Below are positions 11,891 to 23,531 of a stretch of 27,129 nucleotides of DNA, piece after piece. This DNA comes from Octopus sinensis. Taxonomy: Eukaryota. The notes under the pieces were generated by a model that did not search any database, had not been told where the DNA came from, and was given only the letters and a program-made list of their open reading frames with translations. How positions within the stretch are numbered: the first letter of the stretch is position 1; every line of letters begins with the position of its first letter. Location of the stretch: positions 1 to 27,129 of the forward strand of contig NW_021834057.1 in assembly GCF_006345805.1 (NCBI RefSeq), written 5' to 3'. The position numbers were made by a program, and so were the translations under genes.

Positions 11891-12244
11891 ACGCGTATGT
11901 ATATGCGTCTAACAACCCTTTGATGCATAGCTTAAAAATAGCTTTGTTTTATATTATTTTCACAACTTTATAAATGATATTATTTTCGCTTTTATATATT
12001 TTACACGAATTTTCTTTCGTTTTTGTTTCATCTATTATTTTTGTTTTCCTTCTTGTACTATACTTTTACTTTCTGCTTACCGAAACTGGTGCCTCTGCTT
12101 GCCATAAAGTAATTCTATGTCAAAACTTTAAACACCGGAAGTGTCTAATACAAAATGCAAACGTTATAAAGTTGATATAAATGTTAATTCGTGATGCCAC
12201 TTTCTTTATAATATATACACACTTACTAGCGCTCAGACATGTGA

Positions 12245-12431
12245 GTATGTATATATATATAACTCCATATAGGTGTATGTGTGTGTGTGTGTTTGTACAT
12301 GTAAATGTGTCTGCGTGCGTGTATGTTTTGTGTGTCAGATTATAAAACATGCACACACACACACGCACGCACACATATATGTATGTATGTTTGTACGTAT
12401 GTGTGTGTGTGTGTGTGCGTGTATATAATAT

Positions 12432-12487
<56 letters not shown>

Positions 12488-12660
12488 CATATATACATAT
12501 ATATGTGTATGTATATATGCATATACAAGCTTTGAAGACTGTGTACCGGGATGCATGTGTACTTGTTTATATATGTGTGTGTATGTATTTATATATGCAT
12601 ATATGAGTGTGTGTGTGTATGCATATATGTGAATAATACAATGCATGCATGTATGTATGT
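12245..12660. repeat. (TA)/(TG)/(CA) compound microsatellite region
   Basis: Direct reading. Confidence 0.9.
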
Positions 12661-13489
12661 CTAAAGATGGACTGAGAAAAGGGAATGTGTAGAAGATAGT
12701 CGTGGAAACAAAATGTAAATTTAGTGAGGCAATAAAAGACGAAAATGTAATTCAAACGAAGCTATTACCAGATCGACGGACATCAATAGAACTTCAACAC
12801 ATCGTGGCTGCCAAGTCAGTCGCAAATGGCGTCTCTGGCAGAATTCTGTTTACAGTCGTCAGCGTTGTTTCTGTTTAGAAGAGTTATATTTAATTGCACC
12901 TCCAATCCTTGGCCACCGTGCGTTTGCTCCTCAACCAAAGTTACTCCTTACAGTAATTCGAGAATGTTAAGTGGTAGAGTAGAATATCTTCTGTATATCA
13001 AACACTGCCGTAATGTTCGTACTACTTATAACATACCATCGCCTTTTATTAACATCATCACCACAACGAGAGAACTTCTGTAAAGGTGACCTTCTCTGCT
13101 TAACATGATAGTCAAATCTAACTCAGTTTACACACTGACATTCTTGAAAACAGAAGGATAGTTTGGACAGTTCAATTGTGCACATCCAATAAAAGACAGG
13201 AGGATTATTGCTAGCCTGTCCCTGACATAGATATGAGATATTTTTGCCCCACCACTTTGACACCACCAATTCCCATACACACATATTCATAACCATACAC
13301 ACATACGTATTAAAAGAATCTGAAGTGAATGAACTGTAAATTTTGCGTAAATCTTGCTACACATGTTTCTGCTGTATGCTTATGTACTTTTTATAAATGT
13401 ATTACATAATATGCATTGCAGAACCAAACCACTGCGTCAAGCATTTTTAGACAGTCGATCGGTAAAACTAATATTCATATATATAGTGA

Positions 13490-14221
13490 GAATTTACAAA
13501 TAAACAAAAGACGAAAACGGGTGTGTAAACAACAAACAGATGTATTAGTTTAAGTGAGAAAGTATTTTACGTTTCGAGCCTACGCTCTTCGACAGAGAGT
13601 AACACAGAAATAAACAGGGAGAGAAAATAGAAAAACGTTTAGTTTAGGACAGGGGGGGGGGTCACACAGGAGAGCAAAGAAGAAGGGGAGATAATAAAGT
13701 AGTGGTTATCCCAAAACGAAGATGCACATGTGTGTGTATCTGAGAGAATGTATGTGCCTGTGGAAGGGACCTGGTGACATTGACGTGTGCGTGTGTGCAT
13801 GTGTAGGTGTGTGGATAATGGTGTAGGTGCTGGGAAGTGGTCAGTGCTAGTGTGTGCAGGGGTGGTGTGATGTGGTATGGTGCAGTATGGTGGTGTGTGG
13901 TGTGGTGGAATGTGGTGTAGTGGTGTTGGGGTGGGGGTCTAATGGATAGGATGGGGTGATATGGAATGTATAGGGATGGTGGGGTTGGAATGTGTAGAGG
14001 TGAGGTAACAATGGAGGGGTGATAATGAAGGGAGAGGATGGAAGGGAGAAGGTGGGTACGAGTGAAGAGAGGAAATAGGTGCCAGAGCAAGAGAGGAGAG
14101 GTGAGTGGGAGGAAGTAGGTGTAAGAGGAAGAGGGGAGAGAGGAGGAGGGTTATATGAAGAGGGGAGGAGAATTGAGCCCATGTGGCGCAAAGGATCGAA
14201 GAGAGAAGATTAATCCTTGAA
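13490..14221 (-). mobile_element. Penelope-like element 3' end (GIY-YIG C-terminal tip, simple-repeat region, pLTR with variant hammerhead)
   Basis: Minus 14219-14172 translates QGLIFSLRSFAPHGLN (PLE endonuclease end, LI..L....P.GLN). An HHR-like motif lies at 13568-13595. Confidence 0.65.
13568..13595 (-). ncRNA. Variant minimal hammerhead motif (CUGUCGA core)
   Basis: Minus strand: CTGTCGA-A-GAGC/GTAG/GCTC-GAAAC-GTA. A6 is replaced by U and helix I pairs poorly in this copy. Confidence 0.45.
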
Positions 14222-15141
14222 AGGTGAATGTGTGTTTGTGAGTTTGTGTGTGAGTAGGAACGTAAAATTTATTTTAGCGGGAAAGAAGATTAATCCTTGA
14301 AGATGAAACCTCTTCCTTCATACACAAGCAATATTTCACACTTAGACACTACAAAGAGGAACCACTACTCACGTCGCTAAACCCACGAAGACAATTTCTT
14401 TCCCAGAACGTCAAAATTGAATATATACCAGAGCTTCACACATAAAAGAAACATGCCCTAATGACGAACCATCTCAGCACACAAACATACGAACGTCACA
14501 TAAACCAAAGAATATAATATAATGCAAATAAATTTACTATCCAATATGACTGTTTTCCCAAAAGTCAAAACCAAGGGAGATAACCACAAAAAAGGTGTCA
14601 CCTTGATTTATTTTTTCCTTTATGAGACTTACTGCGAATTCACAAGGCTTTGTGTTTTCACTCAAAGTGGAGATGATCACCATTTCTCCATGAGATTGGC
14701 TTGAAAAACTTCTTAAGATATCAAGATATTTTTTCTTAACATGAAACCAATGGTAGCTTGAAAACACAAAGAAAGAAATTTTATCTACCAACGAGCGCTC
14801 ATTTTCATCGTTCGACATTTACATATGCAAATATATACATATACATATATATATATATAACCCAGTCTTATTCAAATGTGTACAATTTTTCTTCCGGTTG
14901 AAGATGGAGGTTCTGCTTATGTTCTTGTATGCATATATAATTGTAGATGCGGACAATACAAATTTGTTCTAATAAAACTTACGTTTATTTTAATATAGGT
15001 CGTAGTATTATATTAATTTTTCCTCGAACTGAGCTTTTCTTTAATCTAGCTTTATTCTAACCCCCTTCCATAAAATTCCATTTTTCTCTTAATTTGATAA
15101 GTGTAATTTTATATATTTAAATACATGTTAAACTCACATTT

Positions 15142-15524
15142 GTGGAGGCGCAATGGCCCAGTGGTTAGGGCAGCGGACTCGCGGTCGTAGGATCGCGGTT
15201 TCGATTCCCAGACCGGGCGTTGTGAGTGTTTATTGAGCGAAAACACCTAAAGCTCCACGAGGCTCCGGCAGGGGATGGTGGTGATCCCTGCTGTACTCTT
15301 TCACCACAACTTTCTCTCACTCTTACTTCCTGTTTCTGTTGTACCTGTATTTCAAAGGGCCGGCCTTGTCACTCTCTCTCTGTCACGCTGAATATCCCCA
15401 GAACTACGTTAAGGTTCACGTGTCTGTGGAGTGCTCAGCCACTTACACATTAATTTCACGAGCAGGCTGTTCCGTTGATCGGATCAACCGGAACCCTCGT
15501 CGTCGTAACCGACGGAGTGCTTCC
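15142..15524 (+). mobile_element. Full-length tRNA-derived SINE (family C)
   Basis: Perfect A box TGGCCCAGTGG (15154-15164), B-box-like GGTTTCGATTCCC, and 12-bp TSD AAACTCACATTT (15130-15141 and 15525-15536). Confidence 0.93.
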
Positions 15525-15924
15525 AAACTCACATTTACACAGGCAACTTTCCTTTCCTTTTTAATGTTCAAAGGGAAGAAAATAAAACTCATAGATATAT
15601 CAGTGAAACGGGCACAGTATTTCTAGCATCCGCTGACTTACAAGTGTATATAATCTTTCTGAATTCGATTTTTATAGTCGTCTTCCTGCTAAAAAAAAAA
15701 AATGTGTCCGTTAAAACTATTCTTTTTTTTTTTTTTTTTTTTTCCCCTTTTTACCATCTAGCTACCGGAAAACACGGGTTTAAAGCGGGTATATAATATA
15801 TTTAATATATACGTTTGAAGTTGTTTATAATTCGGTTAGTTTACATGACATAAATTGCTTGAAGTTTTTCGCATACAGGACTCATGCATAGAATGATATA
15901 TAATGCTCGCTTTCATTCGGTAAT

Positions 15925-16047
15925 ATTATATTACATACATGCATGCTTATATACACTATATAGATATATGTGGCTGTGCATGTATATGTATGTATGCATA
16001 TATATATTATATATATTATATATATATATATATGTATATATATGGAC

Positions 16048-16081
<34 letters not shown>

Positions 16082-16140
16082 TGTATATATATATATATAT
16101 ATATATATATCTATATATATATACATACATATGCATATAT
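15925..16140. repeat. (TA)/(CT) compound microsatellite
   Basis: Direct reading. Confidence 0.9.
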
Positions 16141-16167
16141 GGGTACAGGATGTCACCCAACACCTTT

Positions 16168-16220
16168 TTAAGGCGGTGCTCCAGCATGGCCGCAGCCAAA
16201 CGAATGAGACAAGTAAAAAA
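16168..16220 (+). mobile_element. 3'-terminal fragment of family B SINE
   Basis: AAGGCGGTGCTCCAGCATGGCCGCAG matches the reverse complement of the 3' end of the 3068-3451 copy. Confidence 0.85.
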
Positions 16221-16509
16221 AAACATAATTCGGGTGAAGGCACCCGTCACCGCACGACAGTCACGCGTGATATAGAACGTGATATTGATTATTTCCAGTA
16301 GAATGAAATCAAATGATATGGGAGCTTCGGCGCCCATGACGGACCTTTCCCATCTGGTATGAGCTATATGTGTACTCTTATGCACCAAGCAACTATTTGA
16401 AAGGATCTCTCAAGGTTCACATTTAGTTACAATTATAATTCTCCTTTCTAATGAAACTTTCCAAACTGATGTCTATATTAATTTTCTATATACACATTAG
16501 CGATTCGCT

Positions 16510-16822
16510 AAATCAGCCATAGATTTCTATGATGATAATCTATATACTGATAAAGAATTAAGTCCGCGATCTGCCGAGGTCGAGCCAGACCTTACTGATG
16601 AAGCAACAGAAACTGCTGAAACTGACTGTCAGTATAAGGAATTCTAGAAAAGGTGCTTTCGGACGATGACGGTCCCTGCTAGTATATACATGTATACAAT
16701 TATGTGCTTTGACTAAGTATTAGAGTATTTTAGTTCCTATTTCTAGCGATATAGGCGGTTTCTAACATTCTTGTCACATTAATAACAATTATGGATTTCC
16801 GCTTTGGCGAAACATAGCAAAC
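16510..16822 (+). mobile_element. ~300-bp hammerhead-containing non-coding element, copy A (homologous to 23532-23823)
   Basis: Colinear similarity blocks with copy B on both sides of the HHR (see findings). Boundaries are approximate. Confidence 0.7.
16590..16639 (+). ncRNA. Complete type I hammerhead ribozyme
   Basis: CCTTA-CTGATGA-AGCA/ACAGAAAC/TGCT-GAA-ACTGA/CTG/TCAGT-A-TAAGG. All three helices are perfectly paired and the core is intact. Predicted GUA cleavage after 16634. Confidence 0.88.
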
Positions 16823-16841
16823 CGTAGTTGTACATGAATTT

Positions 16842-16887
16842 ATGTATGTATGTATTTTATATATATATATAATATATATATATATAG

Positions 16888-16953
<66 letters not shown>

Positions 16954-16966
16954 CACACACACATAT
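16842..16966. repeat. (TA)n microsatellite
   Basis: Direct reading. Confidence 0.95.
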
Positions 16967-17638
16967 AGCCCACCTTTTCTCTCTTCCCCTTCTTCCTTAC
17001 ACATCTGGACAACGATCTTTTCTATCCCTCACTTCTCTAAATGTCCTGAAGAAAGGGTTATAGCCCCGAAATATAGGAATATAATGTAGAGCTACAACTG
17101 TTTTGTTTTATTTTTGTAGTTTACTTTATATCTACTCGCATTGTTTCGACTTTACATAACAAATCTCTTTAAAACATAGCGCTCATTTTCCATTATAGCA
17201 ACGGAATATACTTCTATCTACTCATGGCGCTGAAAGCCCAATAGCTATTGGCAGATCCATTTGAGAACTTAAAACATTAGGACAAACAACTACCACCCAT
17301 CCGGGAACATGATATAGACATTCAAAATAGTGCTTGACAGTTGGAAATCCTCCCCTCTTTACAAGCTGTTGCTCACATATAATAATTAGCTACGTGGCTA
17401 TCGTGCTGTCATTGTGAGTATATAGCGTGAATGTAAGTTATCAACAATCAAAGTAGAGGGTGAGTGAGTAATAGTAATAAAAAATATAATGTGAAAAGAA
17501 GGATAAGTTGTTTTGTCTGTTAGCTTGACTGAAATAGCATACAAGGAGGAATGCATGTCGTCCAACAAGACATGGCGGATATCATTGAGAAAAATGCGAC
17601 TGTTGAGCAATATTTATGATTCAGATATATTATTAGAA

Positions 17639-18054
17639 GGCGGCGAGCTGGTAGAAACGTTAGCGCGCCGGGGCGAAATGCTCAGCGGTATTTCGTCAGC
17701 CGTTACATTCTGAGTTCAAATTTCGCCGAGGTCGACTTTGCCTTTCATCCTTTCGGGGTCGATTAAATAAGTACCTGTTACGCACTGGGGTCGATGTAAT
17801 CGACTTAATCCATTTGTCTGACCTTGTTTGTCCTCTCTGTGTTTAGCCCCTTGTGGGTAGTAAAGAAATAGGTATTTCGTCTGCCCCTACATTCTGACTT
17901 CAAATTCCGCCAAGGTCGACTTTGCCTTTCATCCTTTCGGGGTCGATAAATTAAGTACCAGTTACACACTGGGGTCGATGTAATCGACTTAATCCGTTTG
18001 TCTGTCCTTGTTTGTCCCCCCTGTGTTTAGCCCTTTGTGGACAATAAAGAAATT
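17639..18054 (+). mobile_element. Dimeric family A SINE
   Basis: The second unit starts at GGTATTTCGTCTG (17871). 14-bp TSD AGATATATTATTAG (17623-17636 and 18055-18068). Confidence 0.93.
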
Positions 18055-18119
18055 AGATATATTATTAGTCATCTGAGCTTTGCTTGCAATTCTGTTTTTG
18101 TTTTCTTTTTAGAAATGAA

Positions 18120-18190
18120 GCAAACACACACACCACACACACACACCCACACACACAAACACAACATTACTTGTATACCACACACATACA

Positions 18191-18230
<40 letters not shown>

Positions 18231-18390
18231 AAATAATATGTTACAATTACTCAATAGTCATTTTGTTATCTTGCCGTTTTTACCATATATATATATATAT
18301 ATATATATACATACATACATATACAGCGTCATATATATATATATACATACATACACACACACTCAAACACACACATACACATATATACAT
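18120..18390. repeat. (CA)/(TA)/(TACA) microsatellites
   Basis: Direct reading. Confidence 0.9.
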
Positions 18391-18939
18391 GTAAACATTA
18401 CGGCAAAAGGAAATAGGATCTTGCTGTTTAAAACCATTGTCTAGAATAAAAAGAATGAGCACGTCCTGGATCGCAAATACTTTCTTGTACATGTTATAGC
18501 TTCCTCTGTTTACAGTTGCAATTTACAATTGCGAAAAGTATCAAGAATTATTTTTCAACGCGGAATATTTTCAACCAATGCACAACCCAGAGAAATCGAA
18601 ATCTTCAATGGAAAATAGTTACCATCACCATATTTGTTAAAAATTACTTCCATTTAATCATCTTTTATCACAGTATAAAACACAATTCTTTACGTTTTCT
18701 TTTATTTTTTTCAACATCTAACCTCCTTCGGTCATCTTCAAAACTCTTCTTCCTTTTCTATTTTTTTTTCATCTTTCTCTATTACGCAGAAAGCAGAGTA
18801 GGAATAATTAAGAAATGGGTAAAAAGTGACTTGTGATAGTATTCTTGCAGCTATAGTGAGACAATGCAGCTGTTGAAGAGACTGTTGCTGTTGCTATTGC
18901 AGCTGAGGTTGATGTTGTTGTCGTTGCTACTACTGAACT

Positions 18940-19590
18940 ATGATGGTGGTGGTGGTAGTGATGAGGAATATGATGACGATGATGATGATGATGATGGGAT
19001 GAAGAGGGAGAGGAGGAGGAGGGAAGAATGAGAATGCGAATGAGAAGGAGGAGAATGCCAACAAAGAAGATGGCAAAGATGACGATGTCACAGATGACGA
19101 CGATGACGATGACGAAGATGACGAAGATAGCATTGATGAAGACGACGACAACGACGACGACGATGATGATGATGATGAAGATGGTGGTGGTGGTAGTGGT
19201 GGTGGTGGTGGTGGTAGTGGTGGTGGTGATGGTGGTGGTGGTGGTGGTGGTGGTGGTGGTGGTGATGATGATGATGATGATGACGATGACGATGATGTTG
19301 ATGTTGATGATGATGATGATGATGACGACGACGGTGATGATGATGGTGATGACGACGACAATTACGATGATGATTGAGTTGGAGGCAGAAAAAAGAAGAG
19401 TACGAAGAGGAGAGGGAAATGAATAAGGAGCAAGATGAGTAGAGGAGAAGGAGAAGAAGAAAGAGATGAGGAGGGGAGAGGTAGAGAAGGAGGAGGAGGA
19501 GGACGACGACGACGACGAGGTAAAAAAAAAGGACGAGGCAGAGGAGGACGGGAAGGATTAGGAAGACTGGGTGGAGTGGAAGAAGAAGAT
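18940..19590. repeat. Compound trinucleotide array (GAT/GAC/GGT/GGA)n
   Basis: Direct reading. The poly-M/V/P/S ORFs are artefacts. Confidence 0.95.
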
Positions 19591-20129
19591 TGCGTTGGAT
19601 GTTTATTGATCAGTTCATGGTTCCCAGGCAATCGGAATAAAGTTTGTTAAGGTTGATGAGACTTCGTTAACAAAACGAAAGAGAGCAAAAGTACACGAAT
19701 TCGTCCATTGATTTCTTTCTTCGTTCTTTCATTTCTCGTTTCGAGGAGTTAGTAGTTATTTGTATACTCGTTTATTTTTATGACTTATTTAGTTGTTTTT
19801 GTTTTTTTTTTGTTTTTTTTTAAAATTAGGAACAGAAACAACAACAGAAAAAAGAACGAGAGAGTTAGAGGGTAAAAAGAAAACCTTCTAAATATTTTGT
19901 TGAAGCAAAACGTTGTGAAGTATATAACAAACAGCATAAAATTACACAATAGGGCGGAGAGATGATCACTAGAATAGCGGGAGTCGGTAAGATCCATGGA
20001 TAAACTCCCTGTGACTACATCCGGTTGGTTCAGTTCAGAGGAGAATCATATTTCAAATTATTCAAAACAAAATTTTATGTGCATGCACGTACACACGCAC
20101 ACACACACACACACGCAAACACATGCACG

Positions 20130-20186
<57 letters not shown>

Positions 20187-20227
20187 GTGTATATTCTATC
20201 TTTTAATTCTTTTACTTATTTCAAACA

Positions 20228-20373
20228 TTTGATTGCAGCCATGCTGGAGCACCACCTAGATGGGGTTTTAGTCGAAAAAATCGATCCGACGACTTTTCTT
20301 TGTATCCTATAGATCTCTTTTGCCGAACAGATAAGGTACGGAGACATAAACACACTAACATCGGTTATCAAGT
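20228..20373 (-). mobile_element. Degenerate 3' half of a family B SINE
   Basis: GCAGCCATGCTGGAGCACC...TTTTGCCGAAC...CATCGGTT aligns to 3085-3232. Confidence 0.8.
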
Positions 20374-20459
20374 GACACACACATATACACACGCAAATAA
20401 ATACATACATACATACATACGTACATTAATTTATATGTATGTATGTATGTATGTATGCT

Positions 20460-20626
20460 TAATATAAACAGCAGTTTGAATTGTTTTACCAAAAATGAGG
20501 ATTATATTTCTTACTAAATGTGACTAGGGTGTTTTAGCAATGTAAGTGTTTCTAACACCCTTGTCTCATTTAGTGACATACATAACTCACCTTTTTTATG
20601 AAACATTGCAACTGCTGTTTATATTA
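20460..20626. mobile_element. 167-bp foldback / MITE-like inverted repeat
   Basis: TAATATAAACAGCAGTT pairs with AACTGCTGTTTATATTA at the ends. Internally ACTAAATGTGACTAGGGTGTT pairs with AACACCCTTGTCTCATTTAGT. Confidence 0.75.
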
Positions 20627-21864
20627 ATTTTATGTATACACATCACTGAATTTCTAAATCATTCATTAATTTGGACGACGAAAACATGTGGTTGCTATTA
20701 TGAAAAAGTGTTGTAAGTCCAAAACGTCGTTTTTTCAGAAAACGACAAAATAGTTTCACCATTCCATAGCAAAGCCGTTGTACTACACTTTGACAGTTTT
20801 TGGTATCTCAGCATCTGAAGCAGCTGGAGATACGATAGTTTTACCAATAGAACCGGTTATTGCAAGCAAAAATAAATACTGAAAAAGACGCATTTGGCCA
20901 AATTTGGACATATGATAATTTAACATAATAGCAGCGACATATACTAGAAGAGATGTGATCCCGGAAAGAAAATCGAAGATTCTAGTCAGTCTTAGTTGTG
21001 GCAACGGAATTTGCCGAAATTGGCATCAGTATTAAGATTTCTCGATCGTTATTCTCAATCGCCACTTTGATGGCATGCAGTGCTCTCTTACTCAATAATA
21101 ATAGTAATTATAATCACGAAACCATCACGAAGCAGGAATTAGGATTCCGCAAAAAAAAACAAAAAAACAATGAAAGGAAACAATGTTTTAATGTAAGCCA
21201 TATCAGGAAACCGAAAGATTTTTCTGGATATATATATATGTACATATATATATATATAATAGCTTCCCTCAGATTCGTTGCCACAGCAAAACCTGTATAA
21301 AAATATAAACACATTTACTGCAATACGAAAGCTGCAGACCTGTGAGTAAAATTATAATCACATATGCAATCATATCTCTACAAATCTTCTACACATATGC
21401 ACATTGCTGTTTCTTCTCGGTCACCCGATTATACATCAAAAGTAATTATGAATACGAAACATACTTCAATACAAGTCCATGTGTGTTGTTCAGTCAAAAA
21501 GTAAACGTTGTAAAGACGGACTCATCTCTTAATGTCACTGCCCAAACGAATAACAAATCCAGAAATTAAAAACAAAACAACGATGGACAGATAACCATGA
21601 AGCGGTTGATTTATGACTTACTCACACTACATTGCAACTCTCCTCCAAAATCGTACAAGAATAAAACGAACAAACCCCATAACATGTGCCATAGAAGTGC
21701 GATACCCAAGAGAAGAACACAACCTGCACTTCACAAACAACACATAATGCAAAAACTAATACAGCGAAACACTCAAACACAGCACAAAAGTGCAGCAGGA
21801 GGTGCAATAGAAAGTTGCTTGAAACTATCAGATGTCGAAAAGTAATAGTAGTGATGACGATGGT

Positions 21865-23467
21865 GAAGAAAGTCACCTTACCCTCAGTTCATGAGAGACA
21901 GGTGTTTGTCAGGAAACTTTGGTTGGGACAGCGAAAATGAGGTTGGACCTTTAAGGGAAGTCCTTTCGCTCGGGAGTGGTTCGGTAAAGATGCAGACTGA
22001 CCACAGCTGTTATTTTAAGACAGCATCAGCAGATAATAGAGCAAGAAGGAAGATGTGGACCAACGAAGAAAACAGGATAGTGACGCAGTGCTGCTTAGGA
22101 AGTGAACCTAAAAGAAGGGATTATAGAAAAAGGATGTTAACACTTTGGGTAGAGAAGAGTGTGTTTTAAGTGACTGAACAGAGACTAGTAGATCAAACTA
22201 ATGATATTAGAAGAAAGTGGATGACAGAATTGGAGGTGGAAGAGATCATAAGAGAACTGGAAAAGAAAGACCCGGCAGTAGGAAAAGCAAACAATATAAG
22301 AAAGTCAAAGAAGAACCTAAAGGAAAAAATAATAATAACACCATCAATAAGGAAGGGACAACTGGCACCAGCGACTTAAAGTGATTTAAGTGAGGAAGAT
22401 TTTAGATGAGTTGCAGGAAATAATGAGAAAAGAAGAAAAAGATTGCCAGCATTAAAAGGTACTAAGAGAAGAAAGCTGCTTGAAATGACTAGAAAAGTAG
22501 ATTCTGTTATCGGTCGGATAGATACTAAAAATATAAGTGACACTAACTTGAGCTATACAGGAGGAATAGAAGTTACTAGAAGATTATATATTCCACAAGG
22601 AAATATTATAAAAAAGCAAATGTGAGAAAGGAGATTACAAAAAAGTGAAGACTTTAAGACAAGATCTGGATAGAATAGAAGCCTGGAAACTGAACAAGTT
22701 GGAGAACAAGATTTAAATCTCTTGAGAAAAGATACTTAGTCAAAGAGAAAGGATTTGGGAGAGTCATAAAAGAGTTGAAAGAGTGCATCATAGCAGTAGC
22801 ACATAAGCTTTCCAGCTATCGGAAAAGAATAGATCAGTATCAACAGAATAGATTATTTGAGACAGACCGTAGGAAATTTTATAACCAAGTAATCAGTGGA
22901 GAAGAAAGTATTAAAGATGAGAAACCAAATGCAGAGGCCAGAAAGTTCTAGAGTAATATTTGGAATAAGCCAGTTAATCATAATGGTGATGTAGTATGGT
23001 TAAAGAAAGAGAGGGAAGTAGTCAGTGAGAAGCAGCCAGATCTAAGACTAACTAGTGCATTAATGAGTAAAGTATTATGAAAAATGTCGAATTGGAAGGG
23101 TCCAGGACCAGATATAGTTCAGGGGTACTGGTTAAAGAAATTCTGTAGTTTACGTAGGAGGTTGAGGAAACAACTTCAGGATTGCCCTAATGGAGGAATA
23201 ATACCAGATTGGATGACTAGAGGAAGAACAGTACTCTTTATGAAAGATAAAAGGTAGGGTAATACAGCTAGCAATTATAGCCTAATCATTCATTTGCTTA
23301 CCGTTAGTGTAGAAACTCTTAACAGGAATGCATTCGGAAAGCATTCACGAGCAAGTTGACAGTCAGAATTTACTGCCAGAAGAACAGAAATGTTGTAAGA
23401 AGAAAGCTAGAGGAACGCATGCTCTGTTATACAGAGACAAAGCAGTTTTAAATGAAGTAAGGCAAAA
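21865..23467 (+). mobile_element. Decayed R4/Dong-like (RLE-type) non-LTR retrotransposon: N-terminus to early RT, 3' part missing
   Basis: Peptides: WTNEENRIV..C..SEPKRRDYRKRM..LW; TEQRLVDQ...W.TELEVEEI; RIDQYQQNRLFETDRRKFY (from 22820); NWKGPGPDIVQGYWLKKF (from 23090); WMTRGRTVL; LLPEEQKCCKKKARGT...DKAV. Many stops and frameshifts. Clade assigned from motif recall. Confidence 0.82.
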
Positions 23468-23531
23468 TAACGAATGGGTGTGCTATTCAGCATCGGTATT
23501 ACTAAAATAAGAGTTACCTTTACCATTTATG

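Noticed and set aside
12830-12862. Minus-strand CTGACGA plus CTG/CAG hairpin
   Set aside because: The second core reads AATT/GAAT rather than GAAA, and helices I and III are not convincing.
18516-18640. Plus-strand acceptor (TCTGTTTACAG) followed by 40 open codons AIYNCEKYQELFFNAEYF...
   Set aside because: Short, unrecognised and within chance expectation. RNA-seq would be needed.
21900-21990. Possible HDV-like ribozyme at the 5' end of the R4/Dong element
   Set aside because: I could not build the nested double pseudoknot, and the segment appears to be part of the N-terminal ORF.
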